Part shown: in pieces, positions 12,600 to 26,637 of the stretch | Layout of the letters: every line of letters starts with the position of its first letter | Position numbering within the stretch: position 1 is the first letter of the stretch | Source of the DNA: Octopus vulgaris | Taxonomy: Eukaryota | DNA length: 64,000 nt | Assembly: GCA_951406725.2 (NCBI GenBank) | Contig: OX597827.1 | Coordinates: forward strand, 17,050,001-17,114,000 | Direction of reading: 5' to 3' | Notes under the pieces: model-generated | What the model saw: only the letters and a program-made list of their open reading frames with translations | Told to the model about the DNA's origin: nothing | Database searches by the model: none | Translations under genes and position numbers: made by a program

Positions 12600-13640
12600 A
12601 AGTGACTTCAACACAACCAAAGCATTCTATAGGGGTTTAGTGGAGGGGAGGTACGACGACGAGCGCGGGGCGAACCTGGACGTCGACGAGGAGTACCTGA
12701 CCCGCCTGTTCAGGACGACTTTCGGGCCAGGGCCCATGGACAACTTCCAGAGATCCCTGGCCTGGCAGTGCTACCGAGAAGCGCTACCCGTTCGGGATAA
12801 GCTCTACAGACACGGCTCGAGAAACACGGGGCCGACCTGCCCGAGATGCGGTCAGAGCGACGAAACCGTTCTGCACGCACTCGTTCAGTGTCCAACAATT
12901 TCCGACCTGTGGGCTTATGTCGAACAACTGCTGTCACGTGTGGGACGAGTCGGTTTATCAGCTGAGTCTATCGTCAATATTGTCACGCCTCCTTCCTTCA
13001 AACGGGAAGGAAGAGCTATTTTCATCATCCTTGTGGCTATGGCGAAAGAATGTATCTGGTGGACGCGTCTGAAAGGATTGGAGACAAACACTTTCCTCTC
13101 TGGTCAATCTCTCATCAACTTCTTCAAGTACCACTTGAAAAGGAAAGTGAGAGTAGAGAGGCAGGTTTTGTCTAGCGAATGTTTTAAAAAGATGGGTGAA
13201 TGTAGCAAGAATGGCACGTATGAATGACGAAGCCACCTTGAGCATAGTCCTATGAACCCAGAAATCGAAAACAGAGAGTTGCTTATTTGCAAAAAAAAAA
13301 AAAAAAAAGAAATATAAAATGTGACATCATTGACCGAGGTTACCGTGGTCTTTTCCGTAGGCTTTTCTTTGCACGGGTAAACCTCACCTGTCCTCCCCTT
13401 TACACTTCATATTGACATTTCTGTGATAACGATCCCTATTGATCAATTTTTTTTCCTCCCCCCTTTTTTTTAAACCCCCTTTTTTTGTCCTCTTTCTCTC
13501 CTTTTACGATCCCTTTTGATCGAAACTCCCCCTTCCTTTTTTTTTTTTTTTTTTTTTTCTTTCTTAAACCTTCAAAAGAAAAGCTCTACCTTGTAATTTG
13601 TTCTATCTGTGTGCAGCCCTGTGTGGCTAATAAAGAAACA

Positions 13641-13641
<1 letters not shown>
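12599..13641 (+). mobile_element. Tx1/L1-clade LINE 3' part (ORF2 C-terminal zinc knuckle plus 3' UTR)
   Basis: ORF 12559-13227 contains LAWQCYREALPVRDKL...CPRCGQSDETVLHALVQC (zf-RVT-like CCHC). Ends ggctAATAAAgaaacat. Both ends lie in (ATCT)n. Confidence 0.85.
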
Positions 13642-13687
<46 letters not shown>

Positions 13688-13787
13688 TTATCTATCTATC
13701 TATACACGCAAACTCATACTCACACACGCACATATTTGTGTATATGTATAGAAATGTATGTAGAAATAAAAAATAAATGTAACTATA

Positions 13788-13951
13788 GGCACAGGAGTGG
13801 CTGTGTGGTAAGTAGCTTGCTAACCAACCATATGGTTCCGGGTTCAGTCCCACTGCGTGGCATCTTGGACAAGTGTCTTCTGCTATAGCCTCGGGCCGAC
13901 CAATGCCTTGTGACTGGATTTGGTAGACAGAAACTGACAGAAGCCTGTCGT

Positions 13952-13990
<39 letters not shown>

Positions 13991-14238
13991 TATATACATA
14001 TATATGTGTGTGTGTCTGTGTTTGTGTGTCTGTGTTTGTCCCCCTAGCATTGCTTGACAACCGATGCTGGTGTGTTTACGTCCCCGTCACTTAGCGGTTC
14101 GGCAAAAGAGACCGATAGAATAAGTACTGGGCTTACAAAGAATAAATCCCGGGGTCGATTTGCTCGACTAAAGGTGGTGCTCCAGCATGGCCGCAGTCAA
14201 TTGACTGAAACAAGTAAAAGAGTAAAAGAGTAAAGAGT
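13788..14238 (+). mobile_element. Group B SINE (full length)
   Basis: Head ggcacaggagtggctgtgtggtaagtagc, tail (gtaaaaga)n. Confidence 0.9.
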
Positions 14239-14342
14239 ATTTAAGCCCATTTTCAGTAAACACTGACATACTTTCTTTTTGTGACAACAAAAAGGGGGGT
14301 GAATGTAGAATTTATTAACACCACGTCAGGGACCAGTCACTT

Positions 14343-14637
14343 CTTGTTGTTTGTTCCTTCTCGAGCCATGCCTGGCTCATAAGGGCCGGTTTCCCGGTTT
14401 CCTTGGAGTATAGGACGGGTCGCCGGTCCGTCGCAGGTGAGCTGCAAGATGCAGAAGGAAAGAGTGAGAGAAAGTTGTGGCGAAAGAATCAGCAGAAGTT
14501 CGCCATGACCTTTTGCCGGAGCCGCGTGGAACTTAGGTGTTTTCGCTCATAAACACACACATCACCCGGTCTGAGATTCGAACCCGCGATCCCTTGACTG
14601 CAAGTCCGCTGCTCTAACCACTAGGTCATGTGCCTCC
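14343..14637 (-). mobile_element. Group A variant SINE with (AAC)n tail
   Basis: Reverse complement of 2051-2362. Confidence 0.85.
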
Positions 14638-15095
14638 ACACCCGTCACTTCTACTCATAGACAAGTAGTAGCTATTTAAGGATTACACAATACACGGAAA
14701 GAATTACATTTTCTGAAAAAAATATTGCTTTTATCGTAAGGAACAGAGCTTTGATTAAGGGCCTGTAAATATCAACTGTATTTCAGTGGGGTGTGTAGAT
14801 AAAAACTTATAAGATGTGCACGTAGCCAAATTTACAAGAAATCTCAATCGTTTCATCAAAACCACGCACCCGTAAAGTTACCATACATTTCCACTTAGCC
14901 TATTCCTGTGTGGTGCTTCTAGTGATATATAAATGCATAGAAATGGAAGAAGGAATCTGACAGAAACACGGGTACTGTGTTTGATGGAACGATTTTTATA
15001 TTGCTGGATATATTGATAGACAGACAGACAGACAGATAGACAGATAAATAGATAGATTCATAGATAGATAAATAGATAGATAGGTAGATAGATTC

Positions 15096-15160
<65 letters not shown>

Positions 15161-15774
15161 CAGATTCATAGATAATTAGATAGATAGATAGATTCATTAT
15201 ATCTATATATCTCTCTCATTCTCTCTACATATATATGTATGTGTGTATTTATACACACATCTACATATACATATAGATATAAATAAGTAAATTTAAATAG
15301 AATATATGCATTTATTATATGTATTATGCACGTATTATATATATACATTTCTATATGCAAGCATATATAATTCCTATTTGTGCGCGCGTGTGTGTGTGTG
15401 TATGTGTGTGTGTAATATTAATAATCAGGTTGTTGAAATATAAAATTTTAAATAATATGCATTTAGTAATGAAAAGATTCAATACTTTTAGTAGAATCAA
15501 ATTTATTATACACATTGTATAGACAGGAATTTTAAGTTTTGCCTCTAGCATCTCATTCAACATCTGATCAAAATACAGTGTATATATTTATACAAGAAAT
15601 TTTCATAAAGAGGGGAATGTGTATATGGAATTGTTGGGAACTAACGTTTGCGAGAGGGTAGCGGTAAATTATTTTGAATTCAGATAAGTCTGTGAATGAA
15701 ATTTCAAGAATGTTTTTTTTATATGCGGTATAAATAAGAAAAAAACAAAATGGAATCTAATAATAACAATTTTA

Positions 15775-16023
<249 letters not shown>

Positions 16024-16436
16024 TGGATAAGGAGAGAAAACTGTAGAACCAGTAAAAACTGAAAAAAACTATGTTGAAAATAAAAATAAAGTGACGAAGA
16101 ATAAGGAAAACCAGAAGAGAAAAATATATGGCAAAGAAACCAGGGGAAATAATTCATAGAAAATAATTTAATATGTGCAAAGTTACATGAACAGTGAAAA
16201 GGAGGGGGGATTTGGAGCAGAGTGGTTGAATAGCTTATGAGGTGTTTATGTGAGTGTGTGTATGTGTGGGGAGATAATTTATGTGATAAAATTCTGCGCG
16301 TGTTAATAATACACACACTATCACACACACTCACATACACACACATTGATATCTAATAAATATGTATATGCATATATATATGTCTGTGTGTGTATACATA
16401 TATATATATTCATAGAAATATGTGTATATATGTAGG

Positions 16437-16488
<52 letters not shown>

Positions 16489-16559
16489 TAAAGGTACAAG
16501 TACGCCCATACATGCATAAATACATGGATATATATATATACATAAATATATATACATAA

Positions 16560-16608
<49 letters not shown>

Positions 16609-17281
16609 CAGGGAAAGAGAGAGAGAAAGAAAGAGAGAGAGAGAGGGAGCGAAAGAGAGGTAGATAGAAAGATATTAAAAAAGTTGTATATACATGCAGT
16701 CACATATTTACACAGGTGTATTTGTGCTTTTATGCACACACACCCGTGTGCTATGTCTATCCTACGCTACCTGCTATAAATTAGCTTTTCCCTCCTTTCA
16801 CCTCTTTCATTCTGCCCATATGTCTGGGCCTTCCATTTTTTTTTTTCTTTTACCTTAGCTACATATAAAGAAATTAAAAATTTAAAACAGATGGTGTGTT
16901 AATATTTAACTCTGCTACCTATTACCTGAATGCAAAATAAATTATCAATATATTTTTACATAAGTAAAATCTCATCCTGCCCGCAACTTTCATGGAACAA
17001 CTATTTTGTATAAGTCTCAAAAAAACTCCGTATTTTGATCAGTGAGTGTATCAGTCGCTGAGGGTGATACTGAGTTGCAGACGTGACCATGAAACAAGAT
17101 GGTGGCTCGTTTCTTGGCTCGCGTTGCGAGTTGTGTCAAATTGCGTAACGCTTCAATTCACATTGCTCCACTCCATTCAACAAGAAATGAGAACCAATTC
17201 TTTCTCGATGTTCTGTTTGATCAAGCGTGGAAGGGAATAGATCCCCCCACCCAAAATAAGAACAACAACGCGAGGACGTGT

Positions 17282-17390
<109 letters not shown>

Positions 17391-17404
17391 ATACTATCGT
17401 CTCT

Positions 17405-17602
17405 CCGAGTCAGACGCCATGATAGATCGTTAGCCACTACACACATTCTTTTCTCTCCTTGTTTTTTCTGTGTCCCCTTCTGTAGAAGAGCGTAGGCTCG
17501 AAACGTAAAAGACTTTTTCTATTCCTGAGCGTTATACTAATACATCTGTTTGTTTTGTGCACCACCTGTCTTCGTCTTTTGTTTTTTTCGTAAACTCTCC
17601 CT
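17405..17602 (+). mobile_element. ~190-bp (TA)n-associated element with a hammerhead-like fold (CUGUAGA family)
   Basis: 17477-17511: ctt-CTGTAGA-a-gagc(gtag)gctc-GAAA-cg-TA-aaag. Copies at 24470-24665 (+) and 50215-50390 (-). Confidence 0.7.
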
Positions 17603-17947
17603 ATATATATATATATAATAGAAATAATTAATTTTCAGTTGAATTAGGTACTTAAGTTGAGGCACCAAGGCAGTCCGGTATTATCCACACAGCTCGAAGT
17701 AAGGTGAATAAAATCAAAATAAGTAACAGGATGTCAAGTATTAGTGCAATACGACCGTTTCAAGCAGCTCCATTTAATTGAACAATTCAAGCTTTTGATT
17801 ATAGGCCTGCTAGATCAACGTTGTCTTCCAGTTAAAAGGACAAAATATAAATACCGCTGGTTCGTTTGATTGACGCTCTAAGATTTAGTCCTCCACATCG
17901 TCTTGATATCGTTAGCACACCGAGCAAAATGCTTAGCAACATTTCTT

Positions 17948-18281
17948 CTGTAGTAAAGATTGCCAACATAACATGGCTGTTTCCGTCTAGGACGAATGTC
18001 GTTGTAATTGAGCCCCAGGAGACATCGTCTCCGGCTGGCTATACGACACGATTTTCAAAGAAGGGAATCTAGCAACCTCACTCAGTTAGATTCCCTTGTT
18101 CGAAAATATAAGGACACAGATCGTGTCGTATAGCCAGCTGGAGACGATCCCTTCTGGGGCTAAATTACAGCAACATTCGCCCTAGACCGAGACTGCCATG
18201 TTATGTTGGCAAACAATCTTTACTACAAAGTACTTTTTGCTGGATATCTCACGTTGTGAGATTTAAAAATAGTAATTTTCT
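17948..18281. mobile_element. Fold-back element inserted in a group C SINE (17905-18440)
   Basis: Imperfect inverted arms gtagtaaagattgccaacataacatgg...ccatgttatgttggcaaacaatctttactac. The flanking sequence aacatttcttctgt is duplicated. Confidence 0.7.
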
Positions 18282-19202
18282 AACATTTCTTCTGTCTGTG
18301 CGTTCTGAGATCAAATTCCGCCGGGGTCGACTTTGCCTTTCATCCTTTCAAGGACAAGAAAATAAGAACCAATTGAGCACTCGCGTCAATCTAATTGACC
18401 TTCTCCGATATTGATGAACCAATAAAATTTAAAACCAATACAATAATGGTTTCTGATTCAGGCACAAGATCACGCATTTTTATGGGAATAGATTGGTCGG
18501 TATCATCGACTGTAGTACTTGACTGGTACGTTCTTTTATCAACTCTTGAGAAAAGCAAGACAAAGTTGTCCCCATCGGCTCTGATGAAATATTTGAGAAA
18601 AATTATATTAATATATCTTGTCTGTTGAAAACCCATATTTCTTGCAACTGAAGATGTCACTGTATTTGAATTGATGTATTGTTGAACACAGAATTCTAAC
18701 GAAGTTACTGTTCCTATAATAGAATATCCAGCCCCACCAACACACACACATATACATCGTTCAGCAGATAGGGTTTCAAATGAATGTTGCATCGTTGGGT
18801 GGGTGATAATCTACAGTATTAAACTTGCAAGTGTTACTCGGCTCCATGAGCTGCACTTGACTAATATAGGAAATGGGGCCAAATGATTAATGAAGCTATA
18901 AAGATACAATGGAACGCGGGGGTTTCGTAATTCATGAGCATCTTCATATGCAGAAGTTGTCAGACAAAATCGTGCGAAAATGCATAAAATCGAACGAACA
19001 GCTCGGTTTAACTGATCAGGATAATCTTTAGAACTATGTGTCACTGTTGATTGAGCATGGTTAAGCTACAATGATTTTAAGACCTATCCATAAGTAAAAG
19101 ATTGATGGGACATAGGTTCTACTGAGCGACAGATATAATACTCATGTAACGGCGGGATAGGCCACGAGAACATTTAAATTTTTCTTTATATATATATATA
19201 TA

Positions 19203-19596
19203 CTAGCAGTATCGCCCGGCGTTGCTCGGGTGTGTAAGGGAAATAACTATATAAGCATTTTTAGAGATGTAAAGTATAATAGCCATCTCAATATGTCTAA
19301 CCACAAAGGGGGGTGTTACTGTAGCTTTTTACGTTCTGAGATTTAATAATACATTTTTAGAGAGTTACTTCCCTTATATAATAGCAACAAAATGCATTAA
19401 AAATGGGGAAAAATGATGGTAAATTTTTTTTAAATGGTAGACTCATCATAGACGCGCGCTAATACACAGAAGGGCTCGATATGAATCACGACTATAAGAT
19501 ACCCGCTTTTGGTTACACTGCATCGCAAAATGTGGGAGTAGTTAGGAATCTAAATTATAGGAGACAGACACACAACTTCACTTTTATATATAAAGA
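19203..19596 (-). mobile_element. Non-autonomous Helitron (family H1)
   Basis: Minus strand 5' TCtttatatataaaagtg ... hairpin cccgagcaacgccggg ... CTAG 3', between A and T. Homologous to 24739-25131. Confidence 0.8.
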
Positions 19597-19600
19597 TATA

Positions 19601-19632
<32 letters not shown>

Positions 19633-19964
19633 CGTATGTATATACATATATGTATATACATGATATATATATATATATACATGTATATCATATAATCGAC
19701 TATGTATATACAAGTATAAAAAATCGTATACATAAACAAATATCTATACATATTCATAAACTAATATATAGATGTGGATGTATATATATATCTATCTCAC
19801 CATATAAATATATATATGCATGTGTGTGTGTGCGTGTGTGCGTGTATATATCTATGCAAATATTATATATATATATTATATATATGTAAACACATATATA
19901 TTCATATATATATGTATATAAATGTATATATATACATATATATGTATATATATATACATACATA

Positions 19965-20003
<39 letters not shown>

Positions 20004-20294
20004 GTGTGTGTGTATAGATACACAGATAGATATGTATATATGCATATCTATGCGCGCACGCACACACAAAACTAAAATGGCGGAACAGAGACATGAGAAG
20101 GATATTTACAGGAAAACTGAAAAGAAACTTGCACACAACGGATGATGGCAAGTTCATTCGTTCATCATTTGTCCACCACATATATCCTCACAATTTTAAC
20201 TTGAAATATATACCTACCTACCTACCTACTTACTTACCCACCTACATATATACGTACCTATCTACATACGCACACATACATACATACACACACT

Positions 20295-20328
<34 letters not shown>

Positions 20329-20410
20329 CATAAGTATATATATATGTGCATATATATATATGTCTATATAATACATATGCATATATATGCATATATATAT
20401 AGGCATACAT

Positions 20411-20462
<52 letters not shown>

Positions 20463-20730
20463 AAGTATATATATATGTGCATATATATATGTCTATATAA
20501 TATATATGCATATATATGCATATATATAGGCATACATACACACATATATGTATATATATATATATATATATATGAATGTATATATATGTATGAATATATA
20601 TATATAGATATGTATATATATATATATGTATATAACAATTATATATATATATATATATATGTATATAATATATATATATGTTTCCAGCATCAGCCACAAC
20701 CGCCTCATTATATTCCATACAATCATCAGC

Positions 20731-20793
<63 letters not shown>

Positions 20794-21185
20794 ACCTCAT
20801 CATCATTATCGCTATATCTGTTGATTAAATGCCAACGACCAGTAACTTTTAATTGAAAGATTGAGCAATGCGTTTTGTATTTTATTTCATTGCTTGCGTC
20901 TGTCGTCGTTGTCATCGTCGTTATCCGCGTTGTTTTTGATATTATTATTATTAATTTTTTTTTTGTGTGAATATTCTCCATCTGTAGACGACATATTCAT
21001 TTAGTTAAGGGAGGCAATCAATTTGAATTGACCCCCCGCCCCAGTAACTTAATTCATGTCTCTTACTCTGCTCCTACTCTCTATTTCAGACGCCATTTTT
21101 CTTTTCTCGTCAAATCATGAAATCAACTCCCGCTTTCAACGACCTATCAGAATTTCGTCCACATTTCTCCATGTTTCTCTATGCG

Positions 21186-21238
<53 letters not shown>

Positions 21239-21883
21239 TATGTCAACGTATTTATTTAGTTATATGTATGCGTGTGATGTTTGTGAATTCTTTTTCTAAT
21301 ATTTTGCTACTTCCCTGTATTTTAATTGAATAGTTCAAAAGATGAAAACGAGATTGATGTGTTGTCTTCTGTTTTGTTATATAGTATAGTATCAAGTGAA
21401 GACGTATTTTAGAATACAGGCGAACATAAGCGTATAAATATATACGCTTATACATACATATATTATATTATGTATATGTGCATAGCACATTCACGCATAT
21501 GTATGACATATATGTATAACATATATATATATCATATAACACTAAATATATGTATTGAATATATCAAAATGCAATACGCATAGACATACACACACATACC
21601 CACACACACACACACACGCACACACACATACATACACGCACACACGCATAATTAAAATAGCGGTAAAGAGAGATGAGAAAGATATTTACAGGAAAACTTT
21701 AAAAGAAACCTGCACACAACAGATGATAGGAAGCTCATTCCTTCATCTGCTGTCGTACTAACATATCACCGCAGTTTCGATTCCAAATGTATATCTACTT
21801 ACGTACTTACCCACTTACCTACCTACATACCTGCCTACCTACCTACCTACCTACCTACCTATCTACTTACCTACCTACCTACC

Positions 21884-23165
21884 ACGACGGTAGTTGATGA
21901 CAGACGCGATGTACGCGTTCGCCACCTCCACCCGACCTTTTAGGGAGAGCTTCCTCTCGGCCCATTGCCTGCAGAGAGTGGCCACACTCTACTCGTTATC
22001 TTGTCCCAGTTCTCCGTTTGGAGGTCTGGACCGAACTAGACTCCGGGCAATTTGACCGGCCCGTCCGTCCAGCGTCCCACTACTGAGGCGCTGGTGGACG
22101 GCATGGGCTTGCTTCTGCAGGTGCCCAGTCGCACGCCCACTGACTTTTCTAGGTTGATTTTTGCTCCCGTCACCGCTTCGTAGTCTTGCAGTGTCTCGCC
22201 GACTAGCTCGATGTGCTCGTGGCTAGACACTATGACGGTGACGTCGTCCGCGTATGCGGACACGCTCGTCACGCCCCCCTGTTCTCGCGGGATGCCTCTC
22301 AGCGTCGCCAGCTTCCTCAGTAGTAGCTCGAGAGTCAATACGTACAGAAGCGACGAGAGGGGGCATCCCTGATGGACCGAACGTGCAATGTCGAAAGGTT
22401 TCGATAGATGCCCATTCACGCGAATTACCGAACGGATGCTTCTGTACAAGGCAGCCATCCAGCTGCGGAATATGGGACCGAAACCAGCCGCTATGAGGAC
22501 AGCCTCCAAGTATCGATGGTCTACCCTATTGAAAGCTTTCGATTGATCCAAATTGATCAGGGCCCCTCCCATGCTAGGTTCCTTAACTACCCTGTCTATG
22601 ATGTAGCGCATCAGATGGGGGTTGTCATGGATGCTCCGGCCCGGCACGGCGCAAGTTTGCGCCTTGTCGACCAGTTTGTCGACGACAAGCGCCAACCTCT
22701 TGGCTAACACATTGGCCAAAATTTTCAAGTCTACATTGAGCAGAGTGATGGGCCTAAAGTTATCTATAATATCCCTCTTGTTTGGATCTTTCTTTAGCAG
22801 CGTTACGGCTCCTCGACTCACAAAACCGGGTATGCTTCCGTTCTGCTGCCAGTTGCGGCACACCGCTGCCAAGACGTCTCCAAACAAGTCTGGCATACAA
22901 TTGTAAAGCTCATAGGGCAGACCATCCAAACCCGGCGATTTGTCCCTTGAGCATCCCGCCATCGCATCCCTCACTTCCGCCCCTGTGATGGCACCTTCGC
23001 AGCACTCCGCCTCTCTTGCCGAGAGCCGTGGCAGGCTGTACAGGTAGTCACTGGAGTCCACCCTGCGTTCTCGCTCGCCACTCGTCCCGAACATTCGGGC
23101 AAAATGCCGATGAAACGCCTCGCACATCTTGCTCGGCTCGAGCAATTCGTGCCCTTGTTCATCTA
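21884..23165 (-). mobile_element. Tx1/L1-clade LINE ORF2 reverse transcriptase fragment (ORF 22036-23145)
   Basis: KSPGLDGLPYELY, NFRPITLLNVDLKILA, LDQSKAFNRVDH, VHQGCPLSSLLY, AYADDVT, AKINLEKS: the non-LTR RT domain of L1/Tx1 type. Confidence 0.92.
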
Positions 23166-23925
23166 CCGTTGGCGGCGGCGGTGGTGGCGGTGGTGACGGT
23201 GGTGGTAGTGGTAGTAGCGGTGGTGATGGTGGTAGCGGTGGTGATAGTGGTGGTTAGTGGTGGTGGCAGCGGTGGTGGTGGGGTGGTAGTGGTGGTGGTA
23301 GCGGTCGTGAAGGTGGTGGTTAGTGGTGGTGGCAGCGGTGGTGATGGTGGTGGTAGTGGTGGTGGCAGCGGTGGTGATGGTGGTGGTAGTGGTGGTGGTA
23401 GCGGTGGTGATGGTGGTGGTTAGTGGTGGTGGCAGCGGTGGTGGTGGTGGTGGTGGTGGTGATGTTTGTAGCAGAGTTCTTTCGATTCAGAGTAGTTGAC
23501 TGTGAAGCTGTCGTCTGGGTGCTTCCAATTTTTTCGTGTGTCGGTGGCGGTGGCGGTGTTGGCGTTCATGCTCACACCTGCACCTGTGTTGCTTTTCCCC
23601 CTCCTTCCCTACCCCCCCCCAGGTGAAGCTGTGGGGAAGGCAGGGTAAGGAAATCAACGTCGTAAGCGTTGTCAAGGAGACCAGCGTTCTTTTCGACAAT
23701 GACTTCATGGGTTGAAGACGCCATCCTCAAAACAGAAATGGCCAGGAAAGCCGAAAACAATTTTACAAAATCGGGAAACACGCCACACAGGGCAGGTTTC
23801 CCGTGCAAAGAATTTGCTCAACCGAATGTATTAGTCATTGCTAATAAATATAATACAATACACAACTTTTGAAGGCAATAAAGAGCAAACTTACTACGAG
23901 CCGATGTGACTATCGTCCTTCCATT
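23166..23925 (-). other. Probable 5' UTR and ORF1 N-terminus of the same Tx1 element (with T/P-rich (ACC)n low complexity)
   Basis: GC-richer segment directly upstream of the RT fragment with ATG MASSTHEVIVEKNAGLLDNAYDVDF. The assignment is inferred from position. Confidence 0.35.
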
Positions 23926-23945
23926 AAATATATATATATATATAT

Positions 23946-24007
<62 letters not shown>

Positions 24008-24008
<1 letters not shown>

Positions 24009-24040
24009 TGTTTCTTTATTAGCCACACAGGGCTGCACAC
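24008..24040 (-). mobile_element. 33-bp extreme 3' end of the Tx1 LINE, abutting (ATCT)n
   Basis: Reverse complement gtgtgcagccctgtgtggctaataaagaaacat is identical to 13609-13641. Confidence 0.85.
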
Positions 24041-24075
24041 CTACCTACCTACCTGCATACCTACTCTACCCATCG

Positions 24076-24187
<112 letters not shown>

Positions 24188-24469
24188 GTATATATATATA
24201 ACAATTAATTATAATTTTATTGAATATATTACCATCTCAGATTCACCCACATATTACAGGGTTCCTGTTGTTTTGCTAAGCTCTGTAGAACTCGGAATGT
24301 TGGGCCTCTAACCAGGCCTTTCGCAATACGCTTAAAACCAGAATCTTTTCAGCACTCCCTCGTATATACATGTATATTTGTATACATGTATACATATATA
24401 CATGTATACATGTATACATATATGTATACATATTTGTATACATGTATACATATATGATATATATGTATG

Positions 24470-24665
24470 TCGCCATGATCGATCGTTAGCCACTACACAC
24501 ATTTTTTCTCTCCTTGTTTTTTCTGTGTCCCTTTCTGTAGAAGAGCGTAGGCTCGAAATGTAAAAAAACTTTTTTCTATTCCTGAGCGTTATACTAATAC
24601 ATCTGTTTGTTTTGTACACCACCTGTCTTCGTCTTTTGTTTTTTTTTTTCGTAAAATCTCCCTAT
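24470..24665 (+). mobile_element. CUGUAGA-family hammerhead-bearing element
   Basis: cttt-CTGTAGA-a-gagcgtaggctc-GAAA-tg-TA-aaa at 24531-24566. Homologous to 17405-17602. Confidence 0.7.
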
Positions 24666-24681
24666 ATTTGTATATAGGTAC

Positions 24682-24738
<57 letters not shown>

Positions 24739-24739
<1 letters not shown>

Positions 24740-25131
24740 CTTTATATATAAAAGTGAAGTTGTGTGTCTGTCTCCTACAATTTAGATTCCTAACTACTCC
24801 CACATTTTGCGGTGCAGTGTAACCAAAACCGGGTATCTTATAGTCGTGATTCATATCGAGCCCTTCTGGGTATTAGCGCGCGTCTACGACGAGTCTACGA
24901 TTTAAAAAAAAAATTATCATTTTTTTCCATTTTAATGCATTTTGTTGCTATTATATAAGGGGCGTAACTCTCTAAAAATGTCTACGATGAGTCCACGATT
25001 TAAAAAAAATATTACCATCATTTTTTTTCCATTTTTAATGCATTTTTTTGCTATTTCTTGGCTATAACTCTCTAAAAATGCTTTATAGTTATTTCCCTTA
25101 CAAACCCGAGTACGCCGGGCGATACTGCTAG
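24739..25131 (+). mobile_element. Non-autonomous Helitron (family H1) with an internal duplication
   Basis: a|TCtttatatataaaag ... cccgagtacgccggg ... gCTAG|t. Confidence 0.8.
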
Positions 25132-25803
25132 TTACTAATATCTGAAAGGTGTGTTAGAGTTACTGTCACTATTCCTCGGCAGTATCGAAGTAAATTCTTA
25201 TAACTGGAACCCAGTACGTTGAGCGTAACTTTCCTTTCTCTCCCTTTGTCTATTGTTAATACTCGATACGATACTTGCTACTCTAATGATTTAAATGAAA
25301 ACTTACTCTTCGATATCCATCTGCAAAGAAAAAGAAACCATCAAAACGAGACAGATATTTAAGTGAACTGGTCAACATCTCCCAATAGTAATATCGACAA
25401 TCTACAGTCAAAACTATGTTATAAACACGTCGATATCTGACATGTAGCGCCCGTTGCACCTGTTCAGGAAATGTCGATCTGATGGAGGGAGTAAGCTTAT
25501 GTCTACGCAAACATTTGATCACCATAAACAAATCATGTGTGCTTGTTCGGCAACAAATTGTCAAATCCTTATACGTCGTATATATATATAACTTTTTGGC
25601 TGCTATTTCAAAAAATGTCAGTATGTGGCAAAGTAAATTATTTTACTGAGCCCTTAATTATATAATATATATCTATCTATCTATCTATCTATCTCTCTCT
25701 ATATATATATATATAAAGAGAGAGAGAGAGAGACAAAGAGAGAGAGCGAGAGAGGAGCAGAGAGAGGGGCAGGAGTGAAATAACATGTGCGTGTGTGTGT
25801 GTG

Positions 25804-25845
<42 letters not shown>

Positions 25846-25994
25846 AGTCATGCATTTTAAGTTTCTCAGGTTAAGATAGATAGATGGATAGATAGATAGG
25901 TACGTAAGCAGGCAGGTAGGTAGTTAGATAGGTAGGTAGGTAGGTAGGTAGGTGGGTAGGTAGGTAGGTAGGTGGATAGATAGATAGATCCACA

Positions 25995-26037
<43 letters not shown>

Positions 26038-26199
26038 TTGCCAGATGAGTAAGCTGGAGTAAAATGAAAGGAAATGTCTTGCTCAAGGACACAAAGCAAC
26101 TGCGAGAATCGAACTCATGACTTTATGATCGTGAACCGAATACCTTAACCACTAAGCCACAGGCTGTTACTCATACATACGTAGGAAGGTAGGTTGCTT

Positions 26200-26262
<63 letters not shown>

Positions 26263-26376
26263 GGATAGATAGATAGGTACGTAAGCAGGCAGGTAGGTAG
26301 TTAGATAGGTAGGTAGGTAGGTAGGTAGGTAGGTGGGTAGGTAGGTAGGTAGGTGGATAGATAGATAGATCCACAG

Positions 26377-26456
<80 letters not shown>

Positions 26457-26566
26457 CTGTGGATCTATCTATCTATCCACCTACCTACCTACCTACCCAC
26501 CTACCTACCTACCTACCTACCTATCTAACTACCTACCTGCCTGCTTACGTACCTATCTATCTATCC

Positions 26567-26637
<71 letters not shown>

